This document shows positions 38,423-49,085 of a stretch of DNA of 64,000 nt, one piece after another. Numbering within the stretch: position 1 is the first letter of the stretch; each line of letters starts with the position of its first letter. The DNA is taken from the NCBI GenBank assembly GCA_965112155.1, contig OZ218099.1. One strand, written 5' to 3'. Position numbers and translations under genes: made by a program. This DNA comes from Podarcis liolepis. Lineage: Eukaryota. The notes under the pieces are model-generated. The model saw only the letters and a program-made list of their open reading frames with translations. It searched no databases and was not told the DNA's origin.

Positions 38423-38683
38423 GAGGATTGTGTTCAAAGGGGGAAAACCACATCAGCCTCCCCTTTGCCATGTTCCCATACCTGTAGGGAACAAATGAGT
38501 GGAAACCCAACCATTTATTCACAGGATGTTATTGGGTATGGCATCTCTGCTTGTGTCTCCCAAACATGAGTGCTATTCATCTCAAGGTGAAAGCCTCTTC
38601 CTTAGATTTCCCAATAATGAGTAGAATTTTCTGCCAACCTGCAAGGCATATAGATTATTAAAAAGTCCCTTGGCTCCCTAAGC

Positions 38684-39705
38684 AGGAACATAGGAAACTG
38701 CCTTATATCAAGTCAGACCATTGGTCTGTCTAGCTTAGCATTGTCTATGGTGATAGACAGCGGCCCTCCAAGATGTCAGACAGGGTATACCACCTGTCTG
38801 ATAATAAGTGTTGGAAATGTAAGGAGGAAGAAGGGACATTCTTTCACCTCTGGTGGACCTGCCCGAAAGTAAAGGCCTTCTGGGAAATGATATACAATGA
38901 GTTGAAAAAGGTATTTAAATATACCTTTCTTAAGAAACCAGAGGCCTTTCTGCTGGGCATGGTGGACCGGAAGGTGCCAAAGAAGGACAGAACTCTGTTT
39001 ATGTATGCGACAACAGCAGCAAGGATTCTTATCGCAAAGTACTGGAAGACACCAGATTTACCCACACTGGAGGACTGGCAGACACAGTTGTTGGACTACA
39101 TGGAGCTGGCAGAAATGACTGGCAGAATTCGAGATCTGACCGAAGAAACAATAGAGGAGGACTGGAAAAAATTCAAGGATTATTTGCAAAAATATTATAA
39201 GTTGTTTGAATGTTAAGATTGTGCATGATTAGGAAACGTCACGCTTCCGCAACCTATTTAAGCAAAGGATAAAATAAGCGTAGATAAAAAAGAAAAGGAA
39301 ACAAATTTGAAACAATATATTATGTTTATTGTGAAGGTACCAAAAGTAAACTACAAACTTTCGAAATTGGTAACATAATAAAGTCAAAGATACAATAAGT
39401 TGTGAAACAAGGTAACAAATTGCTGATCAGGTTAGAACAATGAATGCAATGTTGGGAAGATGTGGGGAGGTCCAAAAGAAAGTAAATTTATGAAACATGA
39501 TGTGTAACATATTCAATTTTTTTTTTCTTTTTTTATTTTTCTTTATATATAAAAAAAAAAATGTTTCTTGTATGTTGCTATGTAAACTAATTTGTGAACC
39601 TATGAAAAGGAACGCAATAAAAAATTTTATAAAAAAAAAAAAAAAACAAGATGTCAGACAGGGGATGCCTGGAGATGCCAGGGATTGAACCTGGTACTTT
39701 CTGCG
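38684..39705 (-). mobile_element. Squam3-like SINE split by an L1 insertion (pieces 38684-38785 and 39647-39705)
   Basis: AGGAACATAGGAAACTGCCTTATATCAAGTCAGACCATTGG... continues after the insertion as GGAGATGCCAGGGATTGAACCTGG. Confidence 0.7.
38786..39646 (+). mobile_element. 5'-truncated L1/Tx1-clade LINE (ORF2 C-terminal cysteine-rich domain, 3' UTR, poly-A)
   Basis: Stop-free CWKCKEEEGTFFHLWWTCPKVKAFW (CCHC-type); AATAAA at 39616-39621; A16 tail at 39631-39646; perfect 17-bp TSD CAAGATGTCAGACAGGG at 38769-38785 and 39647-39663. Confidence 0.92.
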
Positions 39706-40228
39706 GCCCTTCATAATGAGGTTTATGTAGGCATAGATACAGGCTATTCTGGAACATGATAAATCCTTAGGGAACTGGGAGATTTACTGTCTTTCTTTCG
39801 ATTTATAGATGTTGAGGAGCCAGAAGAATCAGGCTAGTCCAGAAGCCGGATTTCAACCTTGATACCTTCAGTCTGGCTCTACGGAAAAGTTGTTAAGATA
39901 ACCACAGTTCAGCAGTCTGATGCCCCTCCACTTCCCTAAGAGCTTTTGTTATCTATTATATGTCCCAAAGTATTAGTCATAACAGGTTTATATGTATTAG
40001 AAAAGTCAGTTTTTAGACTACAGATACTATGTTTTTTCCTGTTGTTTATTCCTGGGCCCCGTGTTGTCTTGACCTCACCCAGGAGTCTCAGTTGAAGTTT
40101 AATGGATGAAAAAGAAAGTTAAAGAACCTACAAGCCATAGCACAGGCAAGACTTGTTGTCCCCCAAAGCTAAGCCCCATTTTTGGTAGCAAGCACCAACA
40201 AGGGGTTGTAGAACTTACATTTCCAGAA

Positions 40229-40234
40229 AATAAA
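40229..40234 (+). terminator. Candidate poly(A) signal for the BRD8 long isoform
   Basis: AATAAA followed by GT/T-rich sequence. Confidence 0.4.
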
Positions 40235-40591
40235 TGTTATGTTGTGTATTATCGTTCCAGAACAGTTCTGTTCTAGATTCCGAAAGATTTTTTTTTTAAA
40301 TCTGTGTTGGCTTCCTTTTTAGAAAATTCTAAAACTGAAAGAGCATGCAGTTATCTGCAAACATTATTTTGGAGGCAAAAAAAACCCAAAACCCACATGA
40401 TGCCGCTGTTAGTACCCAAGCAAGGTAGCTTTGTTGGTTTCAACACTGGCACAAATGAAGTCTGTTCATGCCTCCCTAGCAGAACACTACTCTCTGAAGC
40501 TGCATCCATTGTACTCACCTTTACCAGTTACCAAGTACAAAATAAAAAAATTCCTTCCAATAGCACCTTAAAGACCAACTAAGTTAGTTCT

Positions 40592-40633
40592 TGGTATGAG
40601 CTTTCGTGTGCATGCACACTTCTTCAGATACCA
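40592..40633 (-). ncRNA. Mirror-image hammerhead ribozyme motif on the minus strand
   Basis: Exact reverse complement of 40634-40675. Confidence 0.8.
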
Positions 40634-40675
40634 TGGTATCTGAAGAAGTGTGCATGCACACGAAAGCTCATACCA
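40634..40675 (+). ncRNA. Minimal type I hammerhead ribozyme motif (Penelope type)
   Basis: UGGUAU (stem I) CUGAAGA A GUGUGC-AU-GCACAC (stem II) GAAA GC UC^ AUACCA (stem I'). All core nucleotides are present, with palindromic AGCU in place of stem III. Confidence 0.8.
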
Positions 40676-41498
40676 AGAACTAACTTAGTTGGTCTTTAAG
40701 GTGCTATTGGAAGGAATTTTTTTATTTTGACTATGGCAGACCAACACGGCTACCTATCTACTACAGTTACCAAGTAGTTATCACTAGGCTTGGCCTAATT
40801 TGGCAAGGGCGTAAGAGATATTGGGAGTTCTCCACCAATAATGATAAATTATTTGTGAATGCCTGATATAAAAGAAGAGTAGATAATGACCACAAGGAAA
40901 GAAAAGGGGAAAACAAATACCACACCACGCTTCGCTTCAATTATACCTGTGAAAACAGGATCACCTTTATGACAAGTCCAGATATAATGACAGCGGCTTT
41001 GCAAAGTACCAGGAAACTGTTAGACTCTGCCTCTTCTGTGTCCCACAGAGTTTGAGCATAATGCAGCAGAAGCTAAAGTTGGACTGGGGAGAAACTGGGG
41101 AGCAGCAGGTGGAGTGTGCAATGCTTGGTGCATATACTATTTTGCAGAGCCCCAGCACCTGGTGGGCTGCTGCCAGATAAAATCCATGTATGGCAGGGGT
41201 GGGAAGCTCAGACCCAGGGCCAAATGTGGCCCTCCAAGCTTCTCTGTGGCCCTAAGGATCCTTCAGATGCCACATCCCCTCCTAATCCACACTTCTCCAT
41301 CCCTCCCCAAGTGATTTGGTATGTCCTTAAGCTAGCTTGCCAGGATGGCGTCGTATGAGTGTAGAAATGTCTGTCTTTTGTGTGGCTGGAATGCGGCCTA
41401 TCATATAAAGGTAATAGTAGCACCTTTTGCTCACCCACTGTCATCTCTAGCCCCATCCACCACTGGCAAATGGCTTCTGGAAGTTTTCCTTTGATATA

Positions 41499-41739
41499 CA
41501 GTGGTACCTCGGGTTAAGTACTTAATTCGTTCAGGAGGTCCGTACTTAACCTGAAACTGTTCTTAACCTGAAGCACCACTTTAGCTAATGGGGCATCCTG
41601 CTGCCGCTGCACCACCGTATCATGATTTCTGTTCTCATCCTGAAGCAAAGTTCTTAACCTGAGGTACTATTCTGGGTTAGCGGAGTCTGTAACCTGAAGC
41701 GTCTGTAACCTGAAGCATATTTAACCCGAGGTACCACTG
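41499..41739. mobile_element. Tigger-like MITE, nested in an older hAT-like element (~41193-41781)
   Basis: TA TSDs; perfect TIR CAGTGGTACCTCGGGTTAA / TTAACCCGAGGTACCACTG; internal TAACCTGA repeats. Confidence 0.88.
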
Positions 41740-42299
41740 TAATGGGTTGGGTTTTTTGCTAAAAAATGTTCCCCATTCCTGGTGTAAGGGATCTGGGCAA
41801 GACTATGTTGCAGTTGGAGGAATTGCATCAGGGCCCATGCCTGCAATGCGCCTGAGATTCTGAGCTTCCTTTTTTTTCAAAAAATAAAATAAAAAGGAAG
41901 TCTTTTGGAAGCTGAGTTAGGAATCAAAATGTGACTGGAGAGGAAGTCAGGGATGCAGGTTTCATATAGCTCGCCTGAGCAATTCCCAATGTCTGAAGCG
42001 TCCCTCACCTTCCACTGTGATTGGCTGTGAAGTAATCCTCTCCTTTTCCTTGGAATTTGTGTTGTAGGGGGTTGGAGCCAAAGGTAGCCACCCCCCCCCC
42101 GCCACTTGTTGTGAGATATTTGGAGGTGGGTGGGGGCAAAAATTGGCACTGGAATGGTGGCAGGGAGCATATTTTGTGGCCCAGAAGGGTTTTAATAGAG
42201 GGAGAAGAACCAGAGGGGGGAAGACTCTGCCCGCTCCTTCTTCCACTCCTCCCACACTGAGGCTGAACTACATGCGACAAGAGCCAGGATAAGAAACAG

Positions 42300-42520
42300 C
42301 CTCGCGTTAAGCTCCGCGCTGGCCACGCCCCGGATAGGTGATTAGCCGCTGAGTTTTGCGCGTCCTGATTGGCTGATCGGGCCGACCGCGAGGTTTGAAA
42401 GAGCAGGAGAAGCAGAAGAGGATTTCGAGGGCTCCATTGTGGCTCGTACGGACACCGGCGATTGAGCGGGCAAAGCTTGGCGGGCCGGGCAGAAGAGAGC
42501 ACGGAGCGGGGGAAAGCCTG
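42300..42520 (+). promoter_or_regulatory. KIF20A CpG-island promoter and non-coding first exon, with G2/M-type CCAAT and CHR elements
   Basis: CpG-rich; inverted CCAAT (ATTGG 42368-42372); GC-rich CCGCG followed by CHR TTTGAA at 42394-42399; splice donor CTG|GTGAGA at 42521. Confidence 0.75.
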
Positions 42521-43120
42521 GTGAGAGGGGGGAGAATTACTTTGGACTCAATCCTTGCTACTGGTGTCAGGGAGAACGAGGCTCGGGCGTGAGTTGCTCC
42601 TTCTGCAACGGCCACGGCGGGTAATTTAAGTCTCCCGCTGCCCCTCCTAATGTGAGCGCTCAGCATGTCTCATTTTGGCTACTCGTGAAAACCTCCCCCT
42701 TTCACTAGGTTGGCAGTCGTATTCGTAATTCTAGGCATTTATTTCCCATCTTATTTCAGTTCCTCTTTACCTTATGGGACCTGGAAGATACGTTACAGAC
42801 GCTAGGCTTGAGGCGGGTCTCCTGAATTAAGTTGCTCTCATAGGGAAAGGAAGAGGGGGATCGCAAAGGCAGATTGGGTAGAGTGGCATGTTCTTTTTAA
42901 ATAACCCTTTGCAGAAGCTTGTTAAAGAAGCTACGCTTGCACGAGGGTCACATTTGTTGCTGCTACAATACTGTCTGAGCCAAACAATGCACTTGCTAGC
43001 ACTCCCATAGCGAAACAAAGTGCCCACATGATAGTGTTTTCGCTACAGTCCTAACCCCACTTCCTTGGAATTAAGCCCCAGTGGATTTATTTCTGAGGAT
43101 ATGTGGTTGGGAATGTACTT

Positions 43121-43300
43121 AAGGGCTGTCCCTTGGTTGGAAGAGACCACGTGTGTTGAATACAGAATGTCCCAGGTTCAGTCCCTGACATCCTCAGGTA
43201 GTGCACAGACTGGGAAAGATGCTCTCTGAAACCTTGAGAGCTGCTCTCAGCAGGTAGACCAGACAATACTGGCCCCAGATGGAGCAGTGGTCAGGTAAGG
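43121..43300 (+). mobile_element. Squam3-like SINE (degenerate)
   Basis: B-box GTCCCAGGTTCAGTCCCTG, then CTGAAACCTTGAGAGCTGCT...AGACAATACTG. Confidence 0.55.
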
Positions 43301-43451
43301 TACCTCCGGATTTTCTTCTAGTTAGTTTTCCCTAGAATGCAATGCATCTCTAGCCGAGGTATGTTGCTGGTATCCTATCTACTGTTTGGCTAGTGGAGGT
43401 TGTGAGGGTTGTTTGTGCTAATGGTAATTATCCTCTCATTTAATTCTTTTC

Positions 43452-44050
43452 TGATGAGGTTATAATAAAAAGGTCTTATATAAATAATAAATGTTCATAA
43501 ATGTACCAAGCAAACACGTACATAAACCACATGTCTGAAGCAGCACAGGAAGACAGTCCTGAAACCATTTTGACTCCCAAACTGACCAAATGTTTCTCTG
43601 CGGGGGGGGGGGGGGAACCTTCCCATTGTCTCAGGAATTAAGTAATTACCATCTCAAAGGAATAGCCAGACTACCAGAAAAGGCAATCAGATAAGGCATT
43701 ATCAGATAACCTGGCAGACAGCAGAAACAACAACATTCAAATGTCTGTTGTAGATCGCCTTTTCTGTGATGTATGTATGATGTATGGAGGGCTGGTCTTG
43801 AGCTCCAGAGCAGGGAATTTCAAAATGTCTGGGCACACCTTTGTTCTGGGTCCTTCTCCTCTCTTCCTGTGTGTGAGGGGAGCACCCTGTTGCAACAGTT
43901 AATAAAGATCTGGCTTACTAGCTGCTTTGCTTCTCAATATTCTCTGGTTGGCCTCTGTTATTTTCTCCTACCGATGGAGAACCTACAAAGGACTCTATAA
44001 GGGCTCTTGTGTACCCCATAAGGGAATAAGGACAGATTTTGTTTACATCA
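43452..44050 (+). mobile_element. Putative solo LTR in KIF20A intron 1
   Basis: ~600-bp block with TGATG...CATCA ends, AATAAA at 43901-43906 and a pyrimidine-rich U5-like tail; TSD not resolved. Confidence 0.4.
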
Positions 44051-44421
44051 TGGGCTGCTTCTTCATTGTTTTAGTTTGGGAATAGAAATCTTGCTGCAAC
44101 AATAAAGCGATCAAGGCTTCCTAGCTGCTGTTTTGCTTCGATTTGTCCGGCTATGGTTTCTTGCTTGAACCTGACTGATTCAGAACCCACAGGGCTAGGC
44201 CCTAGCGAAGCTGGGAAACGGTTTCAGTATTGTACCCCAAGATTATATCCTTATCATAGGCATCACACATTTTGCAGTTATAGGAAGTGTTGTTACAATT
44301 TATTTAGAAGTGGCAAGGAACCTGGAAACCAGGTGGCAAAGTCTGGCAGTGGAACTTGCGCTTCTTTTTCTATTCCTCATCCTATGATGGGCTTCTCTTG
44401 CAGCATCAGTGTGTAGCCGCT

Positions 44422-47400
44422 ATGGCCTCCCCAGTAGGGCTGTTATCTGATGAAGAAGCTGTCACTTCTCCTGTGCTGGAGTCCACTGTGGCAGAATGTG
44501 GGGCTGGCTTGCGCCGAGACCTCTTGGCGGAGTTCTCTGCCATCTCTTCAAGCAGTGATCAGGTAAGAGCAGTGAGGTAAAGAATTAAAACCCTTGTTTG
44601 TGCTCCCTCGGGGGTAGCCAATGTGATGCTCTTTAATATGGTTGGACTGCAGCTGCCCATCAGCCCTGTCCAGCAGGACCCATGGTTGGGAAAGATGGAG
44701 CTGTAGACCAACAGTGTCTGAAAAGCATCTGATTGGCTACCTCTGGTCTGGTTTCAAAACAATTAAAAAACAGCAAAATGAATGGGCTAGTATTGCCTAC
44801 CTCTCCTAAGTATGAACCTAAAAGTCACATGTGGCTTCTCCACAGGCCGCTTCTGATGACAATGGAAAAGTGAAGGTATATGCAAGAGTGCGACCCCTGA
44901 CACCAGCCGAGATGGAGAAACAGGAAGATAAAGTGAGTTTATAGGCAATGCATGGGCCAGCATCTAAGGTGTGTGTGTGGGGGGGTGCTTTTGCCAATCT
45001 CCTGGGAGGGGATAGACACTGGTCTCTGCCCTTATCCAGAGGTATAATCACACCAGGAGGTTGCCCCCTTTCGCTCTCTGGCAAGGGGAAGAGTAGCCTG
45101 GCCCCAGCCTATCCCCCTCACCAAGCTACAATTCCCCGAGTTCCTTATAAAGAAGGATCGCTTGTTAAGCCATCCTGGTAATTGTAGCTCTGTGAAGGGA
45201 ATAGGGGCTCTTAACGACTCTCAGCACCTTTTAAAAAAACAACAACACAGCTCCCATAATTCTTTGGGGGAAGCCACAAATGTTTAAACTAGTATCAGGG
45301 GGTGCTGCTGCTGTGGCAAATAATGTTGAATGCAGAATGTTAACTGTCCTCTCTAGGGCTGCGCCTGTATTGACGATTCTGAGACCCTTCTTCTCAAAGC
45401 ACCAAAGGATTCCTTCACCATGAGAAACATTGAACGGGGGCTTGGTCAGGCGGTGCACAAATTCACCTTCACTCAGGTACATACTTGGATCTTGGGTTTA
45501 TGTAGGATTCAACATGGACACCAGTTGTTTTTTTAAAGGATTTTGCAGGGCTCCACTAAGGAAAAAGTGGAGAAGCAGGGGCAACCCTTCCCCTCTTCGT
45601 TTTACTGCCTAACTCTAACCCCCTGAGGGGGAATGTGTGGCCTGCCTCCTATTCTGACCTGCAACTCCCATCAGCCCTAGCCAGCACTGCCACACTGGTC
45701 AGGGATAATGGAAGTTGTAGTTCAACAATGTCTGGAAGGCCCCAGGTTCCCTTTCTCTGCTCTCTAACGGTACTAACTTGTAACATTTGGGGTTGCAGAT
45801 CTTTGGGCCAGAAGTGGGCCAGGCGGCTTTCTTTGATGCAACGATGAAGGATGTGGTGAAGGGTGTGCTCCATGGGCAGAACTGGCTTGTTTACACCTAT
45901 GGCGTCACTAATTCAGGGAAGACTTACACCATCCAGGGTAAGAAGCACTCAGTCTGTGCTGGCTCAGGCAAGCACCTCTGCCTAGTGGCGGGGGGCCCTT
46001 GTCTCAGTGTCTGCTCACTTCTTCTTTGACTTGCAGGTAGTGGTGCTGATGCGGGCATCCTGCCTCGCTCCCTGGCCATCATTTTCAATAGTATTGGGAC
46101 GCGGTTGTACCGGGCCATGGATCTGAAGCCCTTCCTCTCGAGTGAGGTGATCTGGCTGGACAGCAAGCAGGTTCGACAGGAGGAAATGAAAAAGCAGGCC
46201 CTGCTTTGCGGCAAGATGAAGGAGGTGAGTGTCCCTCCTGCTTGTTGAGTCTCCTGTTATAAGAAGAAAAATGCCCTGATCAGCAACTCAGTGGTCTTCC
46301 TTCCTTCCTTCGGAATTACAGGAGGAGCTGTATACTTCTCTGAATAAAAGTCACAGCACAGCATCCCAGCTGCAAGCAGGCACAAGCGGAAGCATTGACA
46401 GTGGCTTAGGTGGCCTCTCTTACAGCTGCCAGTCTGCCAACCTGACAAGCACCAGCCAGCTAGAAGGTACCTACTGCCCTGAGCCACCTGTTTGGGGACA
46501 GGTGGTTTTCTAATTGTCACGATCAATGCTGAGAAGTACCTCAAGAGGTGTGCAATCTCAAAATAGATAGGGCCACCCAACCCACAAGAGAACAAAGGGG
46601 GGAAATACCTAGCGACAGCATCCATATATAAATTTTATAACAATGTTGGGGTGGTTTATGGGGACTCATTGATGGGCTTTACAGGAGAGGGCCTTTGGGC
46701 TTCCTCTGGAGGGGCTTGTAAAATATTCCCCCAAATTGCTTTTGGCTTGGCTATTGCTTGATGGCCAAAGCCAGTCTTCTGTCACAAACTACAAAGCAGA
46801 AAGCTGGACTGTTGATAAAACCATATTTACCATTCAATAGAAGCTTTGTATTTTACCTCTCTCTCTGAATTTCACACCAGTGAGGGCATGGAAAGGCCTC
46901 CAGAAGAGTGAGTGGGCTAGCAATGAAGGGACTTACAGGAGACTTAAAATCAAGGCAGATTCAGAGGCATGTGAGAATTTTTGTAAGGGCAGGTGCCTAT
47001 GGCCTTCTTTAGCAGGGCAACTGCTGTGTGTTAAAACAGGAAGAAAAAATTATAAAGTTAATGGGGAGCCAGGCGAGGGCATTGGGAAGGGACATCATGT
47101 ATTTTGGATGGACTTCAGCTGAGGCAAGCTGTGGGCTGTGGCAGTCACTGGCAAAATGCATGTTTGGCTTTCATTGACAGAGACAGGACCTCGCTGGGCT
47201 GACCCAGATAATGTCTCAATGCTGGCACAAGACGATGTGCAGTTTTCCATCTGGGTCTCCTTCTTTGAGATCTACAATGAACAGATTTATGACTTGCTGG
47301 AGACAACCACACTTGGCCCAAACTGCAAGAGGCCCACCTTGCGGCTGTGCGAAGATCAGACCGGCAACCCCTATGTCAAAGGTAGAGACTAGCCAGCTTA

Positions 47401-49031
47401 CCCAGGATGTTGCTGTGGGTCAGCCAGCTGTTTTCCCATAGCTTGAGCCACTCTCAATAAGCCTGGAGTCTGTGGGTGGCAGCATTGGTAATGTGGGCTG
47501 TGTAACGAAATAGGGTCTTGTCTGCTTGCTGAGGGTGATCCCTCATAGAGATGTGAAGCCTAAAGCCACATATTCCTGTTCCCAGATCTGAACTGGATCA
47601 ATGTTCAAGATGCTGCTGAGGCCTGGAAACTGCTGAAACTGGGCAGGAGAAATCAGAGCGTTGCCAGCACCCACATGAACCAGCATTCTAGCCGCAGGTC
47701 TGTAACAGTGCCATAATTTTATTAGCGGAGTGGTAGGGCGAAAGTGCATATCTCAGGATGGGCAAAGTGTGTCTTTCGCACAAGTAAACAAAGCCCATGG
47801 AGGCAGGAGGGCAAGTGGGTGTCTATGAGATAGGGAATGGGGGTGACAATCTGAGCCCAAGCTACTGGTTTTCATTACTCTTTTCTCTTTGCAGTCACAG
47901 CATTTTCTCCATTCGCATTCTGCACCTCCAGGAAAGCAGCAGTGGGATGGAGCCAAAGATCAGCGAGTAAGTCAAAGTTTTTGTATGCAGTGAAGGGCAG
48001 AATTATGAGTTTCCCTGTCAGTTGGCTGAAGGGCAATCTCATTTAAGGGTAGGGGAGTTCAGAAGGGCAAATGGGGTGTGTGGGAGAGTGTCCCCCCCTC
48101 CCTAGTCACAATGGGCACTTCTCAAACAGACACCCACTGTATGTGTCAGTGTAAAGATTTCAGGGGCTTTTCCAGTATCCCTGCAATGTGCCAGACCTGG
48201 AATGAAAATCTCCTATAATTAGTCCCACGTTTTGCTTACCTGAAGCAGAGCAGCCTAAATCCTCCATAGCGTGGAATTAACGGGTTTTAGTTGGGTGTAT
48301 TTGGCAGTGGTTGAAGTGTCTGGTGTGCAGGATTTCTAACCTGAAGAATGCAACACTTGGGTCTAGTAGGATTAGACTTCCTGTATCCCGATACTGACAC
48401 CACCCTCCCTCCTCCCCAGGATGTCCCTCTGTGACCTGGCCGGCTCAGAGCGCTGCAAAGAACAGAGAGTCGGGGACCGCCTGAAAGAGGCAAATAACAT
48501 CAACACCTCCTTGCACACGTTGGGGCGTTGCCTCACTTTGCTGCGCCAGAACCAGCAGAGCAGGTAAAGCTCTTCCTAGCTCTCAGTCTGACGGCTCCTC
48601 ATAGCCCTGACTTGAACCCAGCAAGGAGCGCTTCCTGTAGGATGTCCGCTCCAACTTGAGATGTTGCTGGTTGTGTGTAGGGTTTGTCAAATTTGATTCC
48701 CGGCAGGTGGGGTGCCGGCTATGGTTGCTGCTTCTCTGCTCCATTTCTGGAGCTTAAATCCTCTTCCTGTATCCTTAACAGGCTGAAGCAGAGTGTGGTT
48801 CCCTTCCGGGACAGCAAGCTCACCCGTGTGTTCCAAGGCTTCTTCACAGGACGTGGGCAGTCCTGTATGATTGTTAATATCAACCCGTGTGCTTCATCGT
48901 ACTATGAGACTCTTCACGTGGCTAAGTTTTCAGCTATTGCTAGTCAGGTGAGACACAAAGTTGTTGAAGGTGAATTCAGGTGCCTGCAAGGTTCCATAAA
49001 TGTTGGCTGGCCTTTGAAGTTTCACTGCTAA

Positions 49032-49085
<54 letters not shown>

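Larger units (their letters stand above)
40538..40763. mobile_element. Penelope-like element terminal (pLTR) insertion forming a perfect 192-bp palindrome
   Basis: 40538-40633 is the exact reverse complement of 40634-40729, followed by a 34-bp unpaired tail (ACTATGGCAGACCAACACGGCTACCTATCTACTA). 13-bp TSD CAGTTACCAAGTA at 40525-40537 and 40764-40776. Confidence 0.85.

Noticed and set aside
43451-43480. CTGATGAG hammerhead-like core start
   Set aside because: No stem II or downstream GAAA/UH in the right geometry.
46255-46642. TGTTATAA...TTATAACA ends suggesting a solo LTR
   Set aside because: The interval contains a genuine KIF20A exon (46322-46466) and has no TSD.
48769-48781. GTATCCTTAACAG resembling U12 donor and branch consensus
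   Set aside because: The branch-like motif abuts the AG and the intron's donor (GTAAAG) is U2-type; probably chance.
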